DNA from: Marsupella aquatica | Lineage: Eukaryota > Plantae > Marchantiophyta | Reading direction: 5' to 3' | Assembly: GCA_973895155.1 (NCBI GenBank) | Contig: OZ316893.1 | Span: 124,001 to 188,000 of the forward strand | Length of the DNA: 64,000 nt | In this document: one piece after another, positions 1 to 13,047 of the stretch | Layout: each line of letters opens with the position of its first letter | Position numbering within the stretch: position 1 is the first letter of the stretch | Translations under genes and position numbers: made by a program | The notes under the pieces: generated by a model | Database searches by the model: none | What the model was told of the DNA's origin: nothing | The model's input: only the letters and a program-made list of their open reading frames with translations

Positions 1-335
1 CTCAAAATCTGTTGCCCTCTACTTTGCATCTTTTTCTTCTCAAAATCTTTTTCTCTCCTCAACATCTTTTGTTCACCTAGACATATTTTATCTCTTCAAT
101 TTTTTTCTCACCTCACCATCTATTTCTCTCCTCAACATCTTTTCTCTCCTGGACATATGTTTCTCACTTGGACATTCTTTTAAATATCACCTTGACATCT
201 TTTCTCTCCTCGACATCTTCTATCACCTCAACATCTTTTGCTCACCTCAACAGTTTTTCTCTTCTATACATCTCTCCTGGACATCTTTTGTGCTACCCTA
301 AAACGGGCATCGGGCGGGGCATCGGGGCGGGCTAG
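1..335 (+). mobile_element. 3' part of a non-autonomous Helitron (GACATCTTTT-rich degenerate repeats, CTAG end)
   Basis: The segment ends in GC-rich GGGCATCGGGCGGGGCATCGGGGCGGG then CTAG (332-335) followed by T. Its internal repeats resemble 23680-23931. Confidence 0.55.
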
Positions 336-420
336 TTTTACTATAAAAGAGCAAACGAAGTCTACTCTTAATTAAGGGCCTAGGGTCTAGGGGTGAAGCC
401 TCTAGAAGTAACCCCAGTAC
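336..420 (+). mobile_element. 5' end of Helitron family A, abutting the upstream Helitron
   Basis: TTTTACTATAAAAGAGCAAACGAAGTCTACTC...GGTCTAGGGGTGAAGCC resembles the TCTTACTATAAAAG... 5' ends at 40874, 46151 and 46892 (minus). Confidence 0.55.
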
Positions 421-1242
421 AGACAAAAGTCCTCATCTCAATATAAATTAAATTTACGGTTTACAGTTTAGGGTATTAACTTCAAAGTAGTATGTGGGTC
501 CAGCCCAATATTTTTTTCCAGCATCGGTAATATTATATTTCTTTGTTTTACTACTGTAGTTATTTTTCCTTAATATCTTTCCTGGTCATCAAGTGTGCAA
601 AAAAATTCCAGACAACCCTTGGAACCTCCCTTGCCTACCACAATGATCTCTAAACCCTAAACCCTAAACGTGTGCCCTCCCTTGTGTGGGGATGGGCTGA
701 AAGAAAAGGGGGGAAGACGGATGGAAAAGGTAAGAGAGAGAAGAAAATCACGAATAGCATTGAAATGTTTGTTGCCATAATCATACAAGTTACTCTTTGA
801 GAAAACCAATGATGTACCCAAATATGGTGCCAAGAATTTAGAAGGAGCTTCTACTCTGGCTTCCACTCTGGGATACATAATTAATATTGTCATACCTTCT
901 TTGTCTCCACCTCTCTCATGTTCTTCTCACCTTCCTGAGTAATCCACATTGCAGCTCTTCATTGTAGTTGTCATCTTGCTTGTTCTCATGACAAATTGTT
1001 CATCACAAGGGTAAGCGAGGAACGATCTTGGAGGCAAGCAGCTAGACAATCACCTACACTTCTCATCATTGTCTACCCAAATTTTTGTGCAATGGATATG
1101 TATTGCACTTGTCTATAAAATTATTTGCAAAAGTTGGCATCACTAGCAAACAAACTCAATAAAATATTAATAGCATTGGTTTTTAATTGTTTTGTCGGGA
1201 GACGGGTATACTTTTTGTTTGAATAGTGTATTTTATTCATGA

Positions 1243-3025
1243 CTAGCTCAATACCCGTGCGTTGCACAAAAGAAGTCATGTCGGCCAAGATGTCGTTGAG
1301 AAAAAAAGATGTCGTGTCGGCCAAGGGGTCGTTGAGAGAAAAGATGTAGTGTCAGCCAAGAGGTTGTGGAGAGAAAAAGATGTTGTGTCGGCCAAGAGGT
1401 CGTGGAGAGAAAAGATGTAGTGTCGGCCAAGAGGTCGTGGAGAAAAAAGATGTAGTGTCGGCCAAGAGGTCATGGAGAGAAAAGATGTTGTGTCGGCCAA
1501 GAGGTCGTTGAGAGAAAAAAGATGGCCAAGAGGTCATTAAGAGAAAAGAAGTCATTGAGGAAAACATTTGTCATGTCGGTCAAGAGGTCGTTGAGAAAAA
1601 AGATGTCATGTTGGCCAAGATGTTGTCAAGAAAACAATTGTCATGTCGGCTAAGATGTCGTTGAGAAAAAATATGTCGTGTCAGCAAAGACATCATTGAG
1701 GGAAAAGATGTCATGTCAGCCAAGACATCGTTGAGGGAAAATACCCGTGCATTGCACAAAAGATGTCCTTGAAGTCATTTTGCCAAAGATGCCATTATGT
1801 GAAAGATGTTGATAAGAAAAATGTGTCATTTTGCCAAAGATATCGTGAAGTAAAAGATGTTATAAAGAAGAAAAAGGTGTCGTTTCATCCAAGTCGTCAT
1901 TATGTGAAAGATGTTATGAAGTAAAAAGTCAAGGAGAGAAGGAGCAAGTCTTTTTCTTTGTTTGTTTTTTTACCCAAAATGCCCTTGCATTTGAATGGCG
2001 ACCACTCTATACATTGGCGCAATGTTATATTATCGGTTTCAGGTTTAAGGTTTTAGGGTTTAGCAAAGATGACCATTTTATCGCTATCCTGTGCGTTGCA
2101 TAAAAGATGTTGTTTGGTTAAAGATGTTGTTGAGAAATAGCTCATGGTGCAAAAGATATCATTGAATAAAAAATTGCACAAAACTTTTTGTTGAATGAAA
2201 GATATCATTGTGCAAAATACTGGCCACGGCAGCCACAAAAGTTCCCTTTTTCTTTTTTCTCCTTGCACAAAAAAATTCTTTCAATAAAAGACGTCATTGC
2301 ACAAACCACTGGCTATGACAACCACAAAAGTATAACAAAATGAGAGGTGTTTTCCCCCCCTTTTAAAACTTTTTTTCCTCTTATGTTCCTTTTAAACCTT
2401 AACCTCCCCCTTTTCCCCATTTCACCATCACTCCACTCGCTCGCCGCCCCCTCCCTCCCCACCCGTGCGCGACTGGAGCCCTTCGAGGGGCTGCCCTACA
2501 TTGCAAGTGTGCCCCTTGCCCGACAACTTGTCCGTGTCATGCGTTTCACTATGTCTTTGGGCCTTATTACTGTTGTTTTTTGGCATTGAAAATGATAGTG
2601 CAAATGACTCTAAAATCACCACAAATCTTGGGAGAACAATTTTTTATTTATCAAGTGACTAAAATATTATTAGCAATTAAACTCCTCTTATCACTATTAT
2701 ACAAAACTATGTTGCACATAATATTGAATATGTAGAATACTCTGAATATGTACAATACGGATCATGGAGGCCTGGAGGGAGTATCCTCCTTCATCCTCGT
2801 GCATTGATTGTCGTGCATTAATTAAAGTCTTTCACTTTTTGGGGTGTCTCGTGTGATTATTTGGCTTGTCTTGGACAATGGTGTAACTTTTTGTGTCACA
2901 CTAAACTCAATCCACATTTTGATTTTATTACTTACCTTTGATCACATTTTTAAAATTTTTATGCCCTTCAAATTTGAATGACGACCACTCTAAAAAGTGG
3001 CGCAACTGTGTATTATACTTTAGGA
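1243..3025 (-). mobile_element. Composite non-autonomous Helitron (family B)
   Basis: On the minus strand it starts A|TCCTAAAGTATAATAC at 3025 and ends with the hairpin GTGCAACGCAC, then GGGTATTGAG-CTAG|T at 1243. There is an internal second start-like copy near 2030 and extra end-like copies near 1745 and 2090. Confidence 0.65.
1275..1740. repeat. ~35-bp minisatellite (GTGTCGGCCAAGAGGTCGTGGAGAGAAAAGATGTA-like), about a dozen copies
   Basis: TCGGCCAAG recurs at 1281, 1317, 1388, 1423, 1458 and 1493. A reverse-complement copy of the array lies at about 47425-47590. Confidence 0.85.
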
Positions 3026-3776
3026 TGATCTGAAAAGTGTACTTTATCCAAGTTAAATTCTATAAGGCCATCAAAACGTACTCCTTGAATAAATGATCGA
3101 TGGAAATACAAATCATGTCTGAAAAGTGCACTTTATTCATCATGATCTGAAAAGTGAAAGGAAGTGGTGAGCAGTTGTGGTCACAACACTAAATGCCAAA
3201 CAGAAACATCGATAACTTTCCAACGAGAAGAAGTCGGTTGGGGGACTTCTTGGCTGCATTCTTTGGTGCGTTGGAAAGCTCTCGAGGAGGGCTACAGTTG
3301 AAGGTTTTGTCCATCCAATTCTTGACATGAGCAATTTTGTGTGAGTGAGTTGCTACACAAATATTGGTTTCACTAAGAAACAACCCCAAGCTTTCATCAA
3401 GGCTTGAAATAGAGGTTGTTTGTTTCTCTCTTTTTTACACATTCAAATTAGTGTCATTGCTAAAACTGATCTCTTATAAAGCTAAATCAAAGCATTCTAT
3501 ACTTTAAAATCAAATTTTCACAATCTAATATACACAATCTTCATAATAGTGTTTATTTTAAAATATATGATCAAAAAGGTTTAAATGTAGCATTGTATAA
3601 ATATTAGTATATTAAAAATTTGCCACAACACTTGAAGCTTTTTATTTGAATAATCATAGATTTCTTCAATTTCAGCAATGCTCTTGGTAGGTACATGAGT
3701 ATTTTATAATTTTGTTTCATGTTGTTATGGTTATCTTAGCACATAATTACATATTGAGAAAGTGAAATTTACCCTT

Positions 3777-4022
3777 TGTTGGATTCCAAAAATTAAGAAG
3801 TTAGTTAGTTGTTTGTACCTAAAGGTAACCAGAGCTTATTGTTGAGTATTGCTCTTAGTATTGTGACTCTAGAGCTAACCAAAGTTAGGATAACTCAGGT
3901 TAGGACTTAGCTTAGGTTAGCAGTGATGCATGCTGTATATAACCAAGGCTGATGCTAGCCCCTGGTGTATCTTTAGTTCATTGTTGGAATGGAGCAAGAG
4001 AGACGTAAAGGTCTCTTCATCA
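3777..4022 (+). mobile_element. Possible solo LTR
   Basis: TGTTG...CATCA ends with an internal TATATAA. The flanks (CCCTT / GGAAA) are not a TSD. Confidence 0.3.
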
Positions 4023-7000
4023 GGAAAATGGGGTGAAGAATATTCATCAAATAATCATCAATGAAATTGACTGTGCGGGGTACGATATTGACCAAGTAAT
4101 GTGTCATTGCTTATTACATGCTGACATGTCATTGTTGAATTTACAATGTTTACTCATTCATTCATTGTTTTGTATTTTTTTTAAATTGATTCATCAATTA
4201 TCCATTGTATGATCAAGATTGATTCAATTTCAAAATAATAAACAAAGAATTTGCATTGATTCATCATTGGTCTAGCATGTTGAATTATCAATATATCAAT
4301 GCCACATTAGTGTGTAATCATCGTGTTTTCATTGTGTAAAAGCCATATTTTCATTGAAGGATCATTCATGTTTCATTGGTTATTCATTCTCACTTCATTG
4401 ACAAATCATTGTCCTTTCATCATGAACGTATATCATTTGTCCATTGTCATTCAGTCAATATTGATTCAATACCATTCCATTGATCCATCATCATGATTTC
4501 CATGATATTGTATCATGAGTTTATCATTATTTCATCATCTGCTAAATTGTCATTTCAGTGCCATTTCATTGTGACATTGGTCATCATTTGGTCCTCGTTA
4601 AACAACTGTGTTTTTGTAGTTGATTTGTTGTTAGTTCAGCATAGTTTTCAAAATATCACCAGTGTGATTTATTTGTCATTTTTTCATTACAGATTCTTTT
4701 TCAGTTCCTCGTTGAATCTATGTCAATTTAATGTTATTTCATTAGCATTTCAATAGGATTTTCTCATTATCATTTCCTTGTATTTGCATTGTCATCTTAT
4801 TGGTGAGAAGTTGTTATTCCATTGTTATTTCATCAATCTCCCTTAAGCTCATCAATGTTGTTGACCGAGACAATGATTTGTTGTTGATGCATCACAACTA
4901 TCATTGAATAGATAATTTTTTTGGGGTATCCCAATTTTTCCAATTTGAATACACTTTCGCAACCTATTTCAAAAGCTTTCACTTTAAATGTTTCCAATGA
5001 ACTTTTGATCAAGATGCAAAAGAAATTTGAGCTATGTAGTCAAATATTCGTCTCCATATTAAAGGTCGACTAGAGCTAGAGTTATCAAAGTTTTAACAGA
5101 TATGTTACCGCTGGATTCCAATCATAATGACAGTTTGTCCTAGAGAATCATAAGAGAACTTTCCTAATTTAAGATTAACTTGGCCTAGTCCAGAGCTCTA
5201 AATCTTGGGAGAAGACTTGTTTTTCTGGTGCTTGCCGACCTATCCTGCCACTCTCTTCATACATGTGAACCAGCGCAGAGCCCACACGCAAATCCGAGCG
5301 ATCCCATCTTCAGACACATTGACCACTCTTTTCTCGGCACTCCGTCCACCTGGCTACATTGCATGACTTCCGCAAGAATCTTCTCTCACCTGGATTCGGA
5401 TACCATTCATCTCGCCCCATTAAAATAATTTAAAATATGGCATGACAAGACCAGAAAAAGTGCGAAGGCAACCATAATTCTCGAAGATCCATCACGGAAA
5501 ATGTTGTCATAGTATGTAAATTCCACCAAACAAGGAACAACAGAGCACACCAACAAGCAATGACGTGCCTTGTCTGCAAGAAACCGTGCCTGGCGTCACG
5601 GGGCGGCCGAGTCCCCATCCACACGCACCGATTGCGAGCAACTGATGTTCATTGACGACACTCCCTGCTCCCTCCCCGCCACCCTCCCTGCCTCCTGCTA
5701 CCACTGCTTCAGCAAATTCTTCAAATCACACATCCATGTCTCCTCCTGCCCGCAATCCCGCACCGCATCCCTTCTTTCCATTCCTACTTGTCTTCCACTC
5801 TGCACTACGCGTCCTCCTCCAACATACATACGGTGGGACCGAGAAACTGTTTCGGAGTCCGGATAACTTGCAAAAGTTAAATGACTCCTTTCCAACTGAG
5901 AGTAACGGCTATCTGTCAAGAATGCAATGATCTTAGAATAGAATATTGAAACAATTGTGAAAGGCATATCCAGGTATCAAGAATCTCGTTCCTTCTCCCG
6001 TATTTCACTGTACCCACAGAAAGTACAGAGTCAAAAGCCTGTCGAATTGGTACTAAAATACTTCAACCAGAAGTCACATGTTATCCTTGGGTTGTGTAAA
6101 GGACAGACTCTTAGGGCATCTTGACAGGCGTTCATTTGTAAGTTGCCTACACTGTCCTTTCTGCGCTATACACAAACCAGAATCTCAGGTTTCTGAAAAG
6201 AGACTACTTAGAAATAAAGCCTAGCCATCATCTGTACAATCCATCGTGATTAGACACAGATGACATGAACGTGAAAGCGCTTCCCTCCCTCTCCTACAAT
6301 CCAGAAATAAAGGCTATCCATCATTCTTAAACTTGGCTCTTATACAATCCGTGAAGAGACACATACGACATGAATGTAACAGCCTCCCCTCCCCTCCCCT
6401 CCCCCCCACCCACCCTGTGCTTCTTAACACGAAAAAGGAATCAAACTTGAAGTTCAACTCAAGTCTTGATCACATAAGCCTCATAGCAGGAAATTCCCGC
6501 AACTATAAATGTCACACCGTGGTGCTGGAACAAGAGTTTCTGTTTAAAAGTAGGTACGCATAACGTTGAAATCGCTCTTCAGTCTCATTACCTGAAGGTC
6601 GTGTACAAGAACAATGGCGGATGCCAATACCAATCAAACCGGAAGATGAAGGATAAACTCTGCAAAACAAACGTGTTTGTTGAGAATGTATTCAAGGTCT
6701 TTGGTCACATCAAATCCAACAAAATGACATTCATACAAAATTAATCATACCTGGCTGAGGACTGATGCCTAAAGCGGTCCATATCCAACAGTTCCATCGA
6801 GTCAGCTCCGTTCCCGTGCAGGGAATACGGAGCTCAATGGTACAGTTTTGAGAAATACAATCTTACCTGTTTGACAAAGGTTCAAATCAGTCTAAGTAGT
6901 GCAATCTTGCAGAGCCCTCAAATTTCAAGTCTCATCTTTCCTTCCCATGGATTAAGGAAAGAATATTCATTACGCGAAGGCTCTGTTGGGGAAACCTTGC

Positions 7001-7421
7001 CCGGGCAGAGGAATCTCAGCTCAGCGTAACAGTTAAAGGAAGCCCTAGAAGCATAGCAGTAGCGATATCTTCTCCAGGATCAATTCCTCCTGCTGGACTC
7101 TTTTACGAATCATCCCAGCTTTGCCATCAAAACTTGAGAATCAAAACTACAAGTTTTGAGAAGAAAAAGTATGAGAAGATCTTCCATCCAAACCCCAAAG
7201 CAACCCACTTCAGATGGAGGAGAAGCAGATCAATTACCAAGTGGAGAAAATCAACATGCGGTGCTACGGTGAGAAGCCGGATTGGTACAAGCGCATGGTG
7301 CCCTCAGGGTTGCTCCCAGCGGTCATGCTGGACGGCGAGCTGCTCACAGAATCTATGGACATCATGTTCATTAAGTTCTGAAGCTTTCACAAAATCAACT
7401 CCGCAGCACTTTGCTGCATAC

Positions 7422-7842
7422 TGTTGAGCATAGACGACGATCGCAACGGCAAGCCCATGAACCATCCAACGCACAATAGTCGACACAAGAGATACGTGGT
7501 TCACCTCCTTGAGGCTACGTCCACGGGAACACACAAGAGAGCTTTACTGAACTCTAAGCCCGTCGGCTATACCGAGTCTCCACAGTGTAAGCTCTCCCTA
7601 TCTCTCAAGTGGCTCCATAACAATGAGCCTTGGTTCTACCTCTCCAAGCACACATGCCTCTTATGATATAGTGTGCAACTTAGTTGTACCTAACCACATA
7701 GTTGTACCTAATCACGTAGTTGTACCTAACCACATAGTTGTACCTAATCACGTAGTTGTACCTAACCACGTAGTTGTACCAACCCACGTTGTTGTACCAA
7801 CCACGTCATACCTAACCTAGACGTAAGAGTAAATACCCAACA
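7422..7842 (-). repeat. 3' LTR of the copia element
   Basis: Identical by eye to 13048-13468, with TG...CA ends. Confidence 0.97.
7681..7806. repeat. 18-bp tandem array in LTR U3 (about 7 copies; same array at 13307-13432)
   Basis: Units are TAGTTGTACCTAACCACA / TAGTTGTACCTAATCACG. Confidence 0.95.
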
Positions 7843-7858
7843 ATCTTCCCCTTGACTC
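7843..7858 (-). promoter_or_regulatory. Polypurine tract
   Basis: The minus strand reads AGAGTCAAGGGGAAGAT immediately before the 3' LTR. Confidence 0.85.
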
Positions 7859-8033
7859 TGGTCTAGGGGAGAGTAATACTGCCAATGTATATGATCCCTC
7901 AGCGGGAAGTTCTGGACAGAAACCAAACCGGTTTCCCTCTCTAACTAGAGCAAACCAGAACTAAGCCGTAGCCTAATACATAGGAATGAGGAAGAGCATA
8001 TATCAGTAATTACAATGAATGTTTAAGAAAACT

Positions 8034-11000
8034 CTACTTGTGATGCAATTGCAAAACCTGCAATACGTCACGGTGTCTAGAGAAACTCTCCAAAGGAATC
8101 ACTTTGGTAAATGCGTCAGCCGGGTTGAGTTTACCATCAATCTTGACTAGCTCAAACAAATTATCAGACACAGCCTGCCTGATAAAATGGTACCTGACGT
8201 CAATGTGCTTCACTCTGCTATCCATCACCTGGTTCACAGCAAGGTGGAGTGCACTTTGACTATCACAATGGAGCTTCACATTCCCCTGTGGCAATCCCAT
8301 TTCAGTGATAAGTCTATCCAACCAAATCGCTTCCTTTGCTGCTTCCGCAGCTGCAACATACTCCGCTTCTGTAGTAGACTGAGCAATACACTTCTGCAAA
8401 GTAGACCTCCAACTTATGCATCCACCGCCAAGTGTGAACACGTATCCTGTTGTTGATCTCCTTCGGTCCAAATCTTGTCCATAGTCAGAATCTACATAGC
8501 CAATCAATGATCTAGCATTCTTTGCATTCGCATCAAATAAAAGACCATGATCCACGGTACCCTTCAAGTACCTGATAATCCACTTCACTGCTTCCCAGTG
8601 TACCTTCCCTGGATTCGACATGTACCTGCTCACCTTGCCCATAGCCATGGCAAGATCAGGTCTAGTGCAAGTCATCAAATACATGAGACTCCCCACTGCC
8701 TTGTCATATGGAACCTTTGACATCAACCCCTTCTCTGTGTCATTCGTAGGACAGAACGCTGATGATAACTTGAAGTGTGGAGCCAACGGGGTACTTACTG
8801 GCTTGCTATTCTCCATGTTGAACCTTGCAATTACCTTCCTCGCATAACTGCTCTGCGTCAACCATAGCTTGCCAGCCTCCAAGTCCCTAGTGATCTCCAT
8901 ACCCAAAATCCTCTTAGCTGGCCCTAAGTCCTTCATCTTAAACTCTGCACTAAGCAGTGCCTTGAGCTTAACAATCTCAGACCTATCCTTGGCTGCAATT
9001 AGCATGTCATCCACATAAAGTACTAAAATAATGAACCCAAAGACAACATTCTTCACCGGTTTCAAATACACACAAGGGTCAAATACACTTCTGTGAAAAC
9101 CTTGTGACCGAATCCAATCGTCAAACCGCTTGTTCCACTGTCTTGGTGACTGCTTCAACCCATACAAGGATTTCAGCAATCTGCAAACCAATTCCTCCTG
9201 TCCTCTCTTCACAAAACCTAGCGGTTGTCTCATGAAGATCACCTCTTCCAATGTGCCATAGAGGAAAGCTGTGACAACATCCATCTGATCTAGGAGCAGA
9301 CCAAACATTACAACAAGTACACACAATAGTCGTATTGTAGAGTACTTAGCAACTGGTGAGAAGACCTCATTGTAATCCACACCTTTCTCTTGTGTGAATC
9401 CCTTTGCTACCAATCTAGCCTTGTAGACCTTCGATCCACCTCCTATGGAATTATCCTTCAGCTTGTAAATCCACTTGCTGTCCACCACTTGCTGACCCTT
9501 AGGCAGCTTAACAAGCTCCCAAGTTTTGTTGTCCTTTAGTGACTGCATCTCCGTTTGCATTGCTGCAGTCCACTTCTGCTTCTCTTTTGAAGCACTTGCC
9601 TCATGAAATGAAGAAGGTTCTCCTTCTTCCAAAATTAACGCATCACCCTCATCATCAACTGTAAAATCATCCTCTTGCAGTTGAGATGAATCAACCCACT
9701 GTCCATACCTTGATGGAGCGCGTACAGTGCGACCAGATGTTCTTCTAGCCGATGACTCTGGTTGATCTGCGTGTGCTGGTACAATTTGAAGCTCAACAGC
9801 ATCCACTTGTTGCTCACCAGCATCAACAAACTCCTCTGGTTCCTCTGGCATAGGAACCAGCTCCATAATTGGAGCAACTCCTTCTCTCCGGTCATGCACC
9901 TCATAACCAATCTTCCCCTCAACGAGATCCGGGATAGGAGATTTTCCTTTGTCAGTACGGGAGACCTGAGTATTCTCCCCCTCCTTCAATAATCTGGATT
10001 CATTGAAGGAAACATCCCTACTGACAACGAGCTTACAGGCAATAGGATCCCATAGCCTATAGGCTTTCACACCACTCTGGTACCCAAGAAAAACACATTT
10101 CCTGGAGGTAGGATCCAACTTGGTCCTATTTTGCTTTGGTGTGAGAGCATATGCATCACTTCCAAAAATTACCAAGCCATGATAGTCTGCTTGCCGCTTA
10201 TAGCGCATCTCAAATGGCGTTTTGAAATTGATAGCACTAGAAGGAGAAAGATTTACCAAATAAGCTGCGGTATTGACAGCTTCTGCCCAAAATTCTTGTG
10301 GTAAACCTGATTGGCTCAACATACTCCGTGACCGCTCCAACAGTGTCCGATTGAGCCTCTCAGCGACACCATTCTGCTGCGGAGTATAAACTGTGGTAAG
10401 ATGGCGAGTTATCCCCTGTTCTGAACAGTACTCTTCAAATTCCATTGAAGTGTACTCCCCGCCGTTGTCTGACCTCAGACTCTTCACCCTTGTATCCAAA
10501 CACTTGATCGTGTTTCCAGTCTGATTCTCCACCTGGGCCTTCCACTTCTTAAAAATGGACAAGACATCAGACTTATGCGTCATGAAATAAATCCACACAA
10601 ATCTTGAGTAATCATCAATAAATGATACATAGTACAACTTTCCAGAGTGTGAGGGAGTCGGGGATGGACCCCATACGTCACTATGTATGTACTCAAGAAC
10701 TGCTTTGGAACGATGAGTTCCAACACCAAAAGCACGACGATGCTGCTTTCCAAGAATGCAATGCTCACAAAACTCTAATTTACAAGATTGCAAATCAGAA
10801 ATGAGTCCATTCTTCCGTAAGATAGCCAAACCCTTCTCACTCATGTGGCCTAGCCGTGAATGCCACAGTTGAGTCATCTCCTCGTGAGACTTGGTTACAT
10901 TGGCCTCTCCACATACAGTATTGCCCTATAACACATACAAATTCTTTTGTCTACTCCCCTTCAAAATCACTGTCTCTCCCGACCTGACTTGAAGTTCACC

Positions 11001-11306
11001 ATCAATAACGCTCCATTGATGACCATTTGAATCCAACACACCGAGTGAAATCAGATTCTTACGCATGCCAGGTACATACCTGACTCCGGACACTGTGCGC
11101 ACAGCGCCATCAAACATTTGAATCTTCACAGACCCAATTCCCTCAATTTGACAGGAGTGATCATTTCCCATCAGAACTGAACCGTTTGAAACAGAGTAAG
11201 AACTGAAAAACTCACGAATGTAACAAATATGAAAAGAGCAAGCACAATCAAGAATCCACACATCATCTGCTCTCCTAGATGACGTGCACAGGGCATACCC
11301 CCGGCT
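8034..11306 (-). pseudogene. pol: Copia Pol (protease, GAG-pre-integrase, integrase, RT, RNase H) with an in-frame TAG at 10926-10928
   Basis: WILDCACSFH protease, LWHSRLGH, HSDVWGP/SDNGGEY/GVAER integrase, KARLVAKG and YVDDML RT, and DSDY/EAEY/CDSQSA RNase H. NLYVL*GNT matches the usual LYxLQG. Confidence 0.93.
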
Positions 11307-12341
11307 TCATAAAACATACTCATCATTGAGTAAATCAGCTTCTCCATCAGCCCTAGCCACATTTGCCGATGAAGTTTCCGCTGCCTTTCCCTTACAGTCT
11401 CGCTTGAAGTGTCCAACTTGGTTGCACTTCCAACATGTCACCTGCCTCCTCTGAGGGGATTTACCCTTGGACTTAGATCTGGATTTAGATCTAAACTGGG
11501 TTCTACGGTCCCCAGTTGGTCGCTGCATACTCCTCCCACGGTTAACATTGAGGGCAGCACCAGATGATGAAGGCTGTGACGTGATGTGCATCTTCTGCTG
11601 AAGATCATCACTAAGCAAAGAACTTACCACGTCATTGTATGAAATGGTATCCCTATCACGATGCAACAACACTCGTGATAGGGACTGGTAAGATGGAGGC
11701 AATGAACTAAGAAGCTGCAGAGCCTTCGTCTCATCATTCAAAGTCTCCCCAAGATTTTCCAAGTCAACGACCATGTCGTTGAAAGCATCCACATGGTCTT
11801 GCAACTTCGTACCAGATTCCTTCATCCTGAAACTCATCAGTTTGTAGGAAGTGTAGAGCCGGTTCGACAACTCCTTGCGGTGATACTTGCTCTGCAATTC
11901 CGCAAACAAGGACATGCAATCCTTATGTGCACCTAACTGCTTGATGATGGGAGGCATGAGATAGAGTGTAACACACCACACTCCCTGCTCCTGCATGCGG
12001 TCCCATTGTTTCTCATCAACATCGTCTTCACGAGGGCTCAGCAGTTGGCCCATCCCTGACGCATAAAGCACTCCCTTCACCTGCTTCTCCCATAGCAAGT
12101 AGTCAGAGCGCCCATCATACTTTGTCACTTCATACTTGGGTCCCCCAAGCTTGAAAGTCCCCATCTTCTTCTTTACCGTGAGCTCCGGTAGTAGTACTGC
12201 TTCCTCCACCACACGCCGCACCGGTGATGGTATCGGTGTCACGTGCTCTTCCTCCTGCTCCTCTCTCTGCCCCTGAAACCTCCGTGGTGATCCTCGTGCT
12301 TCAAGTTCCACGTCTTCGAAAAACTCCTCCGAATCACTCAT
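11307..12341 (-). CDS. gag: Copia Gag (UBN2/gag domain plus CCHC knuckle)
   Basis: KYDGRSDYLLW, LLSSLPPSY and CWKCNQVGHFKRDC. It ends at a TGA that is in frame with pol. Confidence 0.92.
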   Translation of the reverse strand: MSDSEEFFEDVELEARGSPRRFQGQREEQEEEHVTPIPSPVRRVVEEAVLLPELTVKKKMGTFKLGGPKYEVTKYDGRSDYLLWEKQVKGVLYASGMGQLLSPREDDVDEKQWDRMQEQGVWCVTLYLMPPIIKQLGAHKDCMSLFAELQSKYHRKELSNRLYTSYKLMSFRMKESGTKLQDHVDAFNDMVVDLENLGETLNDETKALQLLSSLPPSYQSLSRVLLHRDRDTISYNDVVSSLLSDDLQQKMHITSQPSSSGAALNVNRGRSMQRPTGDRRTQFRSKSRSKSKGKSPQRRQVTCWKCNQVGHFKRDCKGKAAETSSANVARADGEADLLNDEYVL

Positions 12342-13033
12342 ATGAGAAAGTCACAAAAAATGTTGTTTTTCACAACTTCTCAAAAAACTCGAAACTCAAC
12401 ACCGCCGCGTAGCCCACAAAGCTAGGAGTCCAATACTGAAAACCAAAATCAAAATCAAAATTTGACGGAAAAGTTATTCAAATTTCGGTCGAGGTGGGTA
12501 AAACCTTGGGAAACTCCCCCGTTTTGACCACCTCAGGGAATAACTGAAATACCAAGTACAACCCGTTGTCGGAATTGCGATGTGATTGGTGCGCTGCATT
12601 GCCAACTTCAATGGCTACGACCTCACTTGTCAACAACGAATGTTGATCAATTGCACTTGGTGCCGTCACCAAGTCCAACAAGGTAATTGATTTTGCTTAG
12701 CCTTCCTCTTTGCATCAAAGAGCCAATCCCGGACTCAAAAACAATCGTCTTGCCTCAATCTCTCCGTTGAGTCAAAACACTTGACGCTTCTCCCTCCGAG
12801 TCGATTGCCAACTTTCTTCACAAAATCCAGAACGACGAAAACTTAGATCTCTCTGCACCACGAGCTCCGTTCAACGATTTCTTCACACCGTTAGAAAGCT
12901 CTTGCCCTGATCTATCCGTTGAGCCCATAAACTCCAAGTTCCATGCGATGGAACTCTGGAAAATCCACCAACACTCAACGCTGGAAAAACCGTCATGAAA
13001 TCCCGTCACGAACACACGTCACCTCCCAAGCAT

Positions 13034-13045
13034 GCTCTGATACCA
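13034..13045 (-). promoter_or_regulatory. Primer binding site complementary to initiator tRNA-Met
   Basis: The minus strand reads TGGTATCAGAGC, 2 nt inside the 5' LTR boundary. Confidence 0.95.
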
Positions 13046-13047
13046 AT

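Noticed and set aside
1121-1567. Overlapping ORFs with repeated MADTTSF peptides
   Set aside because: They are translations of the 35-bp minisatellite.
2765-2785. GGAGGGAGTA Stowaway-like TIR
   Set aside because: I found no matching TACTCCCTCC partner nearby.
5200-6000. Possible L1 3' remnant
   Set aside because: The resemblance is faint and I could not trace a diagnostic motif in one frame.
7424-7820. ORFs duplicated at 13047-13446 (VVPNH repeats)
   Set aside because: They are antisense translations of the LTR and its 18-bp array.
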